Assembly: GCA_044070495.1 (NCBI GenBank)
Contig: JBIPSI010000022.1
Location: 1 to 64,000 of the forward strand
DNA length: 64,000 bases
Origin: Spirulina sp.
GTDB lineage: Bacteria; Cyanobacteriota; Cyanobacteriia; Phormidesmidales; Phormidesmidaceae
Reading direction: 5' to 3'
The position numbers and the translations under genes are program-made. The stretch's first letter is position 1. Each line of letters begins with the position of its first letter. Below the pieces are notes generated by a model, which was not told where the DNA came from, searched no databases, and saw only the letters and a list, made by a program, of their open reading frames with translations. Shown here piece after piece: positions 31,120-40,001 of this stretch.

Positions 31120-31586
31120 CGGGTCTTGTTTCCGTCGATGGCTATACCGGGTGCGCTTCCACCGATAGCCTTTTTTTTCAGCAAACGCCGCAACCGATCA
31201 CCGCTCAAGTCAACCGAGCGCTCCTGCTTCAGCTTCTGAGCTAGTTGCACGCTGGTATAGGTTCGGGTGTCCTGGTCGAGATACGTCGTTAGATAGTCCA
31301 AGTCGGACGGCTGCCATTTGGGCTTTGCACCCCGTCCAGGGGCTTCCCAAAACCCGCCTAACCCTCCCGTTTCCCAACGCTTGAGGGTGGCCCTGACCGT
31401 GTGTTCATGGCACTCAAACAGCTCGGCAATGGCGGGAACGTTCCACCCCCGCGCATTCAGCAGCAGCATGTGGGCACGGTCACGGGTTCGATAGGGCAGG
31501 CGCTGAGCCACGCGCAGTTCGTTGAGGGTTCGCGTTTCCTCGTCTGTCAACGTAATCCGGAGGGGAGCGGGCATTGGGGGCACCAT
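31116..31586 (-). CDS. IS630 transposase, HTH part
   Basis: RDRAHMLLL..RGW.VPAIA, TVR.TLKRW..GGL.G...PGRG, RLRRLLKKK. Confidence 0.85.
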   Translation of the reverse strand: MVPPMPAPLRITLTDEETRTLNELRVAQRLPYRTRDRAHMLLLNARGWNVPAIAELFECHEHTVRATLKRWETGGLGGFWEAPGRGAKPKWQPSDLDYLTTYLDQDTRTYTSVQLAQKLKQERSVDLSGDRLRRLLKKKAIGGSAPGIAIDGNKTR

Positions 31587-31620
31587 CGCCACCCTGATAT
31601 TTTATGTTTAATTTGAACTA

Positions 31621-31765
31621 TAGCGGTTCTCGATAGCATGAGATACACCGCTGCTGAGTTCTAGATCCCCCCAGTGCCTAGTGGTCTAAGTTCACGCTAT
31701 CCCCCCCTTTTTAAGGGGGGCAGGGGGGATCATCGACATGTACTTGACCCGTGTGAAATCCGCTA
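31621..31765. mobile_element. 145-bp TA-targeting MITE nested in the IS630 terminal repeat
   Basis: TAGCGGTTCTC...GAAATCCGCTA flanked by TA/TA; contains an ATCCCCCCC...GGGGGGAT hairpin. Confidence 0.7.
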
Positions 31766-31806
31766 TAGCTACTTAGTAGTTGTCGAGGTCAATAAACTTA
31801 TCAAAT

Positions 31807-32031
31807 TTACCGTGACTCTAAAAACTCCTCAATAGTTAATCCGATGTCGCTTTCAATTTGTCGTAGAAGTCTAGGAGAAATGTCGCGTCCTTTGTGGAAA
31901 GGAACGGTTGTTCCCCGACCACCGTGGTGCCGAAACTGCTTGTGTGAGCCTTTTTGACGAACCTCCACAAAGCCTAGCTTTTCTAAAATACGGGCAACTT
32001 CTTGCGGTTTCAGAACGGGAGTTTTACTCAT
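31807..32031 (-). CDS. hicA: HicA family toxin
   Basis: LEKLGF.EVRQKGSHKQFRH...TTVPFH. Confidence 0.92.
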   Translation of the reverse strand: MSKTPVLKPQEVARILEKLGFVEVRQKGSHKQFRHHGGRGTTVPFHKGRDISPRLLRQIESDIGLTIEEFLESR

Positions 32032-32034
32032 CGC

Positions 32035-32244
32035 TTACTGAACCACAATCTGTTGGGTACCAACAAATTCCGTTTCGTGAGCTATTTCCTCATCTTCTAG
32101 AAGCATTTCGATGACTTCACGCAGATTTTCTTGCAATTCATCCAAGGTTTCTCCTTGGGAATGTGCGCCAGGGAAGCCAGGTACATAACCAAAGTAGAGA
32201 TTGGTATCGGTGTCTCGTTCGATAATTGCAGTGAAGGTTCTCAT
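32035..32244 (-). CDS. hicB: HicB family antitoxin
   Basis: YFGYVPGFPGAHSQGETLDEL.ENLREVI. Confidence 0.9.
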   Translation of the reverse strand: MRTFTAIIERDTDTNLYFGYVPGFPGAHSQGETLDELQENLREVIEMLLEDEEIAHETEFVGTQQIVVQ

Positions 32245-32338
32245 AGCTCAAATTTTTCAGTAGTTGTGATTCTTATCTGTCGCAAAGGAAGGAACCTAAC
32301 TTGGCCTTCCCCCTCGCCATCGAGACCACATTCAGCGA

Positions 32339-32668
32339 TTAAGCTACATTTCGCCTAGCCAATAGACGATCACGTATGCCCACGGGGCTAAAACGTTGCT
32401 CAGCGTCTTGTTGGATCAACTCGGCTCGCTGTTGGCGTTCTGCAAGATAAGTATGTACCTCATCTAGATGTCTGAGGTAGTAACCGATGACTAGGTAAAT
32501 ATCTGAAAGCTGTAGGGATGGGTACTGCTCTCCGATTTCCTCTGGTGTGAATCCTTCAAGAAAAGCCGTTACAACGGTATCTAGGGTGACGCGAGTTTTG
32601 GCGACTCGTACGACACCTTGGGGGTCGATTTCTATGGGCGCAGGTTCGAGGGCGATGGCTAGGGGCAT
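32339..32668 (-). CDS. DUF433 family putative antitoxin (orphan)
   Basis: RVAKTRVTLDTVV..F..G.TPEEI..QYPSL.L.DIY..IGYY. Confidence 0.88.
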   Translation of the reverse strand: MPLAIALEPAPIEIDPQGVVRVAKTRVTLDTVVTAFLEGFTPEEIGEQYPSLQLSDIYLVIGYYLRHLDEVHTYLAERQQRAELIQQDAEQRFSPVGIRDRLLARRNVA

Positions 32669-32714
32669 GGATTCGATAGTTAGTTTGATAGTTGAAGGGT
32701 GGGCAGCGGCGACC

Positions 32715-33977
32715 CTACTGACTCTCGCAATTTGATGACGTGGGTCGTCCGGCGAAGCGGTCTACCACCCAGCCGAGAATATAGATTGCCGTGTCCTCAC
32801 GAGCATCATGGGACGAGCCTGGATAACGAGCAAATTGCACATTCTCGCCAGCCTTGCAACGGCGAATGGCTTCGGCTTCGCTCAATTCAAAAGGAATCAG
32901 CGGGTCAGCAGTACCATGGGCGATTAACACAGGAACCTCAATAGGATCGCTCGGTGTATTTTCCTCGAACAATGTAATCCAGGGTTCGGCTTTGAGAATA
33001 TCGACACTCAGGTATTGTTTTGGTGTTCGCAACGTATTCAGAATAGGAAGAAACCCGGCTGGGGCCGTAAAACATGGTTCAACCATACGGTCGAATGCGG
33101 CCCGCTCTTCCGGTTTGATAATGGCGTTAAGATCGGCGTCTGGATAAACCACATCCCACGCCGCAAAGACGTAGCCTAGGAAAATTCCTCCCCCTGGCTT
33201 ATCTAAATTAAACTCTGCAATACCCCGCAAATTGATAGCTGGAGCCGAGGCCGCCGCCCCCAGCAACGTCAGCTCAGACGCATAGGTTTTCGCCCGTTGA
33301 GCTGTCCAAAGCGCACTATTTCCGCCCTGGGATGCCCCCCAGACAACGAATTTATCCCCTGCACTCACCTCAGCAATCTGGCGGGCGGCCCGTACCGAAT
33401 CGAGCACACTTTGCGCCGCCACTGGCCCCACCATATAGGGATGAGTGCCGGGAGTGCCGAGGCCCGGATAGTCGGTAATGGCGACCACAAAACCTTCCGC
33501 CAGCATTTGCTCAATCGCCGGAGTTTGTTGGTAGGGGTCTGAGGTATGGCTGACACCGCATTCGGGGCGAATACCCGTCGTACCGTGGGCCCAGGCGATG
33601 ATGTGGCGCGGTTCAGTCGGGGCTTCCTGGGGCGCAACAATGGTACCCGTCACCGCAATGGGTTGCCCATCCAAATCCGTTGATAGATACATCACCCGCC
33701 AAGCTTGTGCCTCTTCGGGTAGGTTGCTGGGCAGCGGTTCTTGCCGAAGAATGCTACCTGGTTCGCCTGGGGGAAGCGGTTGAGGAGGCGTATAGAACTG
33801 CGATGGCTTTTGCGGAGTGGCGGCTCGATGATATTTGATTAAAACAGTAATCAGGATACCAATGGCACCAAGAATCACGATTGCCGCTACAAGAAGCACC
33901 CATCGGTTTGGGCTTCGCCAAATTCTCACCATTTGTGTGTACCTATGGCGCTCCAACTCACTGGGTGATGTAGCCAC
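32715..33977 (-). CDS. Secretory lipase (LIP family alpha/beta hydrolase) with an N-terminal TM anchor
   Basis: WAHGTTG, DYPGLG, GASQGG nucleophile elbow, HGTAD.LIP, YPGSSH; start uncertain. Confidence 0.85.
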   Translation of the reverse strand: MATSPSELERHRYTQMVRIWRSPNRWVLLVAAIVILGAIGILITVLIKYHRAATPQKPSQFYTPPQPLPPGEPGSILRQEPLPSNLPEEAQAWRVMYLSTDLDGQPIAVTGTIVAPQEAPTEPRHIIAWAHGTTGIRPECGVSHTSDPYQQTPAIEQMLAEGFVVAITDYPGLGTPGTHPYMVGPVAAQSVLDSVRAARQIAEVSAGDKFVVWGASQGGNSALWTAQRAKTYASELTLLGAAASAPAINLRGIAEFNLDKPGGGIFLGYVFAAWDVVYPDADLNAIIKPEERAAFDRMVEPCFTAPAGFLPILNTLRTPKQYLSVDILKAEPWITLFEENTPSDPIEVPVLIAHGTADPLIPFELSEAEAIRRCKAGENVQFARYPGSSHDAREDTAIYILGWVVDRFAGRPTSSNCESQ

Positions 33978-34199
33978 CAGCTAAGCATCGAGCGTTAGAT
34001 TTGCTAGATAGCCAATGCTACAGCAATTATTATTCAGCGGGTTCACGAGATAAGAGCCATATCTTAAGGAATTTAACATAATCTTTGCTAGAGAAGATCA
34101 CAACTTAGGGGTGTTATCCAGTCGATTTATAAGAGTTAGATGGTGGGCAGCGACTACTCTACTGACTAGCTTAGATTAAGGAAGGAATATCGCTCAGTA

Positions 34200-34415
34200 T
34201 TAACCATGGTCTTGAGTTTTGGCAGACTGTAAAGCTTTTAACATCGTATCTGCGGCTTCGTCTGCACCATAGGGCGACCATACAGGATAAGCCTGATCTG
34301 GTTTAATCAGGTCGATTTCCTGCTGGGCAAGTTCTGAGATCAGCAGTTTCATGATGTAGAACTTGTCTGAGCGACTTAGCTCTCTTAAGGTCGAAATCAG
34401 CTCTGTTGAAACCAT
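34200..34415 (-). CDS. Small putative antitoxin
   Basis: L..LSR.DK..IM.LLI.EL, AYPVWSPY...EAA.TML..L; overlapped by the stub MVNTERYSFLNLS*. Confidence 0.6.
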   Translation of the reverse strand: MVSTELISTLRELSRSDKFYIMKLLISELAQQEIDLIKPDQAYPVWSPYGADEAADTMLKALQSAKTQDHG

Positions 34416-34654
34416 AATGATTACTCCAAATAAATGACTTTAGTAGAGATAAGAATGGCTAGATAGCGCAAATGATAGCGATCAGCGTCAGCCGATCATC
34501 GGGCGGCAAGCTAAGGACTTGTGATTTGAGTTCTTGTGACAACATAGTCTGAGCCTAGTCTATGGGAGTCGGTTTCTATGGGTGCGGGTTCAATGGCGAT
34601 GGACATAGATTTAATTAATCTGAGTGGTGGGCAATGCTCACCCTACGTACTACC

Positions 34655-36010
34655 CTACTGACTAGAGTGATTAGGTAGCAGTTGCTCAAAATCCTCGCAC
34701 AATGATTCATCATCTCCTTGGACAGAGAAACTCAGGTTGTCTTGATCATCAATTTCAGAGCCTGAAGAAACTTTGACTGTCTCGAAATCTTCTCCAAAAA
34801 CTTCGCGATAAGTATCTGAAAATTGCGGACTGTGCCTAAAATCTCTAAACACTGGCCATTCCTTATAGTGATTCTTGGTCACTTCGCCAGCATTACCGAT
34901 TGTTTTCATAATTTTAGCCGCCTCGTCAAATTGGTCTGACAATACTGTGCTAGCCAATTTAAAGGCATTATTACAAGCACTCCAATCTGTCTCTGATATT
35001 AATTTTTGCGCTCTTTCTGATTCACCTCCCCATTTGTAAGCAATCGCACTATTTATAATAAAAATGAGTTTGTCTTGTTGAGAGCTATATCTTGGCAATT
35101 TCATTGCAAAAGACAAAATTCTTTTTGCAATAGAATAATTTTCCTCCTTCAAAAGTTCATAGCAAACGTCATTTAATTTAGTATCTGCAATAGATAGCTC
35201 AGATGGAATCAGCTTTCTCCATACTACATGGGTCAATTTAGTCGCAAGCTCAAAGAGTACTTCATAAGCTTCCTGCAAGTACGCTTCACTGACGTGAAGC
35301 TTCTTGCCAACTACTAAGTCCTCCTTGATTGCTACACCATGACTTCTGCATACCGTTATGTATTGGGATGAAACAATACCATTTGTATGCACAAAGAGAT
35401 TGCGACGTTCCGTCATCTCAATAAATGTAGTCCAAATATCTAATTCCTTACGTAAAGGGATGCCAAGCTTCTTTTCCAACCACTCAAAATGCTCTGCATG
35501 ACTTTCGCGAAGAACTGATTCTATCTCTTTCTCTAAAAGGAACTCACGCGCAGCTTCTACGGAGCCAAATTGCACAAGGTTTGCAAAAGTAAGCTGCTTT
35601 TCTGAAGCATTAAGCATCTCTGGCTTTGCATAATACATAGCCTTTATTAGTCTGCCTAAAAAAGCATCAAATTGACTAATCATCATAACCAGCAGTCCGT
35701 TGGAAATTATCGAACTTGCCGCAGAAAAATTTGAATATGTACGTATTAATTTCCCGATATCATATGAGTATTCAAATGATACTTTATATATTTCCGCTTT
35801 CTTTTTGTTCCCGTTTTTATCTTCTTCAACTTTTTCTATTAGTTCTCCATGCTCTTTGAAAAACTGATTTATTTTTTGCTCCGAGTCATGACGAGACTCC
35901 GTCAAGGATTTCATAATAACAGGTAGACTCTCTGATAAGCCATTGATCTCTATCAAGAAGATCCGAAGAGCTTTCGAGAAAAGATACTCTGAACTTTTGC
36001 TTTCACTCAT
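34655..36010 (-). CDS. HEPN-like protein with a helical-repeat C-terminus
   Basis: SQFDAFL helix and the Rx4H motif ERRNLFVH; strongly AT-rich. Confidence 0.65.
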   Translation of the reverse strand: MSESKSSEYLFSKALRIFLIEINGLSESLPVIMKSLTESRHDSEQKINQFFKEHGELIEKVEEDKNGNKKKAEIYKVSFEYSYDIGKLIRTYSNFSAASSIISNGLLVMMISQFDAFLGRLIKAMYYAKPEMLNASEKQLTFANLVQFGSVEAAREFLLEKEIESVLRESHAEHFEWLEKKLGIPLRKELDIWTTFIEMTERRNLFVHTNGIVSSQYITVCRSHGVAIKEDLVVGKKLHVSEAYLQEAYEVLFELATKLTHVVWRKLIPSELSIADTKLNDVCYELLKEENYSIAKRILSFAMKLPRYSSQQDKLIFIINSAIAYKWGGESERAQKLISETDWSACNNAFKLASTVLSDQFDEAAKIMKTIGNAGEVTKNHYKEWPVFRDFRHSPQFSDTYREVFGEDFETVKVSSGSEIDDQDNLSFSVQGDDESLCEDFEQLLPNHSSQ

Positions 36011-36402
36011 AATTACTTATCCGTAAAGTCGTTTCGGCTCTTCTGGGCATATGGTAATAAGTCAACCTTATGTCTAGGTGCGACAAGGCTTTCAGCCGGT
36101 TTAAAAAACGCAAATTGCAACTGCTATACAGCTTCATTCATAAACCCGAAATAGCCGTCATTTCTGAAAAATCAACACAAGATTCATCACCTTCAAGGTG
36201 TGCTTCTATTAAGAAATCAAGCAGCCTAACTTTGTATCAAGTGTCGAACCTGCTAGACGCTCACTATCATGCCAGCTATTATCCATTAGTTCTGAAAGGC
36301 AAAGCTCAGATCTTAAGGAGTTGATCATTATTCCCCTGGACAATACCGTAGGGTTGGGATGCTTTCAGCAGCTTGGCAGGTTGGCCGAGTCAGGCGTTAT
36401 CC

Positions 36403-39400
36403 CTAATCCCCCTCATCAATCACTGCACCACGATCCAATAATAGCAAGGTTCTCAGTTGGTCGGTGTCGAGTTCCGTCAGCCAGGTTTCGCCAGCGCTGA
36501 CCACCTGTTCTGAGAGGGCTTTTTTGCTCTCGATCATCTCGTGGATGCGTTCTTCTAGGGTGCCGGAGCAGACGAATTTGTGGACTTGTACATTGCGGGT
36601 TTGGCCGATGCGGAAGGCGCGGTCGGTGGCTTGGTTTTCTACGGCGGGGTTCCACCAGCGGTCGAAGTGGAAAACGTGGTTGGCGCGGGTGAGGTTGAGG
36701 CCCACCCCTCCGGCCTTGAGGGAGAGGATGAACAGGCGAGGGGCGGCAGGGTCGTTTTGGAAGCGGTCTACCATGGCTTCGCGCTGGGTTTGGCTGGTGC
36801 TGCCGTAGAGAAACAGCGATTCGTAGCCCAGGTGGGAGGAGAGGTGCCGTTGCAGCAGCTTGCCCCACTCGGCAAACTGGGTGAAAATCAGGGCGCGATC
36901 TCCGGCGGCGACCAGTTCTTCCACCATTTCATCCAGCCGTTGCAGCTTTACAGAGCGACCCTTGAGGCCCAGGCCAGATTCCTGCAAAAACAGAGCTGGG
37001 TGGTTGCAGATTTGCTTGAGCCGGGTGAGCAGGGCCAGAATTTGCCCCTTGCGCTGCACACCGCTGGCATCGTCCAGGCTGGCGAGGGCGGCATCGACGG
37101 TTTGTTGGTAGAGGTTGGCCTGTTCGGCGGAGAGGCCGCAGAAGACGGTCATTTCCTGCTTTTCGGGCAGGTCTTGGATGATGGTGCGGTCGGTTTTGAG
37201 GCGGCGTAGAATGAAGGGCTGCACCAGGGATTTAAGGGCCTTGAGGGAAGCCACATCGCCGTAGCGTTCGATGGGGGTGGCAAAGCGGCGCTGGAAGAAG
37301 TTTTTTGGCCCCAAATAGCCCGGATTGAGGAAATCCATGATCGACCACAGTTCCGTCAGGCGGTTTTCCACTGGGGTTCCGGTCAGGGCAATGCGAAACT
37401 GGGCTTCGATTTGGCGGACGGCCTTGGACTGTTTGGCCTCGGCGTTTTTGATGTTCTGGGCTTCATCCAGCACCACGCACTGCCAGTCCACCGCTTGCAG
37501 GGATTTGAGGTCGCGATGCACCAGGGCATAGCTGGTGATGACCAGGGATTTGGTGTCGGCAATTTTGGCGAAGGTGCTGCCCCTGGGGCGTTTGTCGCCG
37601 TGGTAGACCAGGGTTTTGAGCTTGGGGGCAAAGCGCTGCACTTCTTTAGCCCAGTTGCCCAGCACCGAGGTGGGGCACACCAGCAGCACCGGAGACTCTA
37701 GCCAGTCGTTGGCTTGCAGATGCAGCAAAAAGGCGATCAGTTGGATGGTTTTGCCTAAACCCATGTCGTCGGCAAGGCAAGCCCCCAGCCCCCACTGCTC
37801 CAAAAAGGCCAGCCAGGACACGCCACGGGCTTGGTAGGGCCGCAGTTTGCCCTTAAATCCGGGCGGTTCCGCCATTTCGGCCAGGGTTTGGTTGCCCGTG
37901 GTCAGGGTGTCGATCAGTTGTTGCAGAGAACCGGACGCTTCAAAACTAACGACGGGCAGCTTGTCGATGAGTTGGGTGTCTCCGGTGCTAATCCGCAGGG
38001 CATCCTCCACCGACAGGGGAGCCGCCGTTTTCTGGCCCTCCAAAAATTTCTGGGCCGCCTTCACATCCTGGGGCCGCAGTTCCACCCACTTGCCGTTAAT
38101 TTCCACCAGGGGCGATCCTTGGCGAATGAGCTGCTGAAACTCCTTGGCGCTGAGGGTTTCCCCGGCCAGGGACAGTTCCCATTGGAAATTCAGCAGGCTT
38201 TTCAGGCCCAATCGCTGCCGTTGCTGGCTGGGGGGCACTTCCGCTTGCACCTTCAGGCCCAAACGGCTGCGGGTGTCGTCCACCGAGGGAGCCAAACCGG
38301 GGGGGAAAGCCACCTCCACGCCGTTGTCTTGCAACAGCCAAGCGGAAGCCTTGATGAACTGGTACGCCTGGATCGGGTCGAGGGTGCAGTGGGTGGGGTG
38401 GGGCTGCTTCAGGCTGTCGCGGATGGGGTCATAGAACCGAGCGGCGCGACCTAGGCCAGCCAAGAGGGTTTCCTGGGGGTCTTGCAGGATGGCCCCCAGG
38501 TGTCGCAGTTCTGCGACGGGGTGCTGCCAAATGTAATCGGCACTGGGCTGCCAGTCGGGCATCGCCACCGATTGCAGGTGGTAGCGCAGTTCCCAGGGGT
38601 TTTCCAGGGTTTCCGGCGGTCGCAACACCAGCCGCAGCCGAAATTGGTAGGCCGGATCCGCCGCCAGGGTTTGCAGGGGGGTCGTCCAAGTTGCGAGGGC
38701 TTCCTGAAGCCGTTTCGCCGCCACCGGGGACGCTTCTAGGGAATTTTTAGCGCTCGTCAACGCCTGAAGCCAGGGCTGGAGGGGCAGTTCTTGGCCTAGG
38801 TTACTGAGGTTGAGGGGGTGCTCCTGGGCGGCTTGGCGCATCTGGTGATCCACTTGAGCCGTTAGCAGACTCACGAGCAATTCCTGAGGAGCCGTCAACG
38901 GAGCCATGCAGCTAAGGCTGGGTTCCGCCTTACCCAAGGCCAGATAACTGCGGCAGAGGGCGGGTATGGTGTGGGAAAAGTTGCGTAGGCGCTCCTGATC
39001 GGCGGCGCTATCAAACAGCGGTCGCCAGCCCGCCGCCAGGGTTTGGCTGGTCAGTTCAATCGTTGGTAACACCTTGCCCCGTGCCAGCAAACTCAACCCC
39101 CAACGGGCGACATGTCCCCAAAAGCGGGTATCGGCACCGAGGGTATCGGCACCCAGTTCTACTCCTTGACCGAGGGGTAGCGCCAATAGCAACGGCAATG
39201 CGTCCGAGGCCGACAGCCACCAGCCCTGGATCTGCCAAGGATGTAGCACCTTTACGGCGGGAATTTCAGCCCCATCCCCACTATCCTCTGATGCCCCATA
39301 GGCCGAGTGAATCGGGTGAATCGCGCCATAGCCAGCATCACTCTCGATGGTGTGATCGGCCTGGCTGTGGGTGTCCTGACCGTTGATATCGGCCTGACCG

Positions 39401-39747
39401 TTGATATCTAAATGGGAGGGCAGGTGAAGGACGCACTGTCCCCAACTGGGTTCAGATCCCTTGCGAGTAGATCCCTTGGTGGTGCGTTTTCCGGTGCTCG
39501 TCGTGGCCTTGCGACGGGTGCCCCCAGCGATAAGGGCGGCGGGTAACAGCGTTCCCTCTCCTTTGCCAAGGATGGCCTGCTGCAACCGGGTCAGGAGGGC
39601 GGTGAGTTCAGATTGGTCAATGGCGTAGGGGTGGAGGTGTACCTGTTCCCAGGCGGCAAACCCCTCCTGGGGCAATGGCTTCCAGGCCTCTCCCCAAAGG
39701 AAAAACTGCTGCGCCTGCGGAAACCAACCGATGTGTAGTGTTGCCAT
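36403..39747 (-). CDS. SNF2-family helicase-like ATPase
   Basis: LADDMGLGKT, VLDEAQNIKN, LTGTPVEN, SLKAGGVGLNL, QATDRAFRIGQ. Confidence 0.95.
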   Translation of the reverse strand: MATLHIGWFPQAQQFFLWGEAWKPLPQEGFAAWEQVHLHPYAIDQSELTALLTRLQQAILGKGEGTLLPAALIAGGTRRKATTSTGKRTTKGSTRKGSEPSWGQCVLHLPSHLDINGQADINGQDTHSQADHTIESDAGYGAIHPIHSAYGASEDSGDGAEIPAVKVLHPWQIQGWWLSASDALPLLLALPLGQGVELGADTLGADTRFWGHVARWGLSLLARGKVLPTIELTSQTLAAGWRPLFDSAADQERLRNFSHTIPALCRSYLALGKAEPSLSCMAPLTAPQELLVSLLTAQVDHQMRQAAQEHPLNLSNLGQELPLQPWLQALTSAKNSLEASPVAAKRLQEALATWTTPLQTLAADPAYQFRLRLVLRPPETLENPWELRYHLQSVAMPDWQPSADYIWQHPVAELRHLGAILQDPQETLLAGLGRAARFYDPIRDSLKQPHPTHCTLDPIQAYQFIKASAWLLQDNGVEVAFPPGLAPSVDDTRSRLGLKVQAEVPPSQQRQRLGLKSLLNFQWELSLAGETLSAKEFQQLIRQGSPLVEINGKWVELRPQDVKAAQKFLEGQKTAAPLSVEDALRISTGDTQLIDKLPVVSFEASGSLQQLIDTLTTGNQTLAEMAEPPGFKGKLRPYQARGVSWLAFLEQWGLGACLADDMGLGKTIQLIAFLLHLQANDWLESPVLLVCPTSVLGNWAKEVQRFAPKLKTLVYHGDKRPRGSTFAKIADTKSLVITSYALVHRDLKSLQAVDWQCVVLDEAQNIKNAEAKQSKAVRQIEAQFRIALTGTPVENRLTELWSIMDFLNPGYLGPKNFFQRRFATPIERYGDVASLKALKSLVQPFILRRLKTDRTIIQDLPEKQEMTVFCGLSAEQANLYQQTVDAALASLDDASGVQRKGQILALLTRLKQICNHPALFLQESGLGLKGRSVKLQRLDEMVEELVAAGDRALIFTQFAEWGKLLQRHLSSHLGYESLFLYGSTSQTQREAMVDRFQNDPAAPRLFILSLKAGGVGLNLTRANHVFHFDRWWNPAVENQATDRAFRIGQTRNVQVHKFVCSGTLEERIHEMIESKKALSEQVVSAGETWLTELDTDQLRTLLLLDRGAVIDEGD

Positions 39748-40001
39748 TAACCTATCTTACCGACTCGCTCAAACCATAGTTGCTGAAAAAACACTGGACT
39801 GCCAAGCAATCCAGCAATGCCGTAACCCCTGACTACCATTGGATCAAGGGGCTAACACGAAGGAAACGACCTACCTAACCCGTTTATCTTACCCCCTTTG
39901 CCAGGGCAGATTGGGGCTAGGGCAACGGGCCATTTCCATCGTTCTAGCCCCGTGGTGATTGGAGGATTACCCCAGCTTAGGGGTCGATGCGAGGCATCTG
40001 T

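Larger units (their letters stand above)
30491..31773 (-). mobile_element. IS630-family insertion sequence (decayed)
   Basis: TA at 30489-30490 and 31774-31775; terminal repeats AGTAGCTAG.....AATTAAA.ATAA once the nested MITE is removed; two ORFs with an A8G slippery run at 31170-31178. Confidence 0.88.

Noticed and set aside
36070..36324. 84-aa ORF between the HEPN-like and SNF2 genes
   Set aside because: No motif or RBS; AT-rich intergenic sequence
39377..39409. 18-bp duplication (DINGQ twice) in SNF2
   Set aside because: In-frame slippage in a variable linker with no evident function
36403..39747. SNF2 helicase as part of a defence system with the HEPN-like gene
   Set aside because: Looks like the conserved cyanobacterial SNF2 with core-like GC, separated by ~390 bp; more likely the island border
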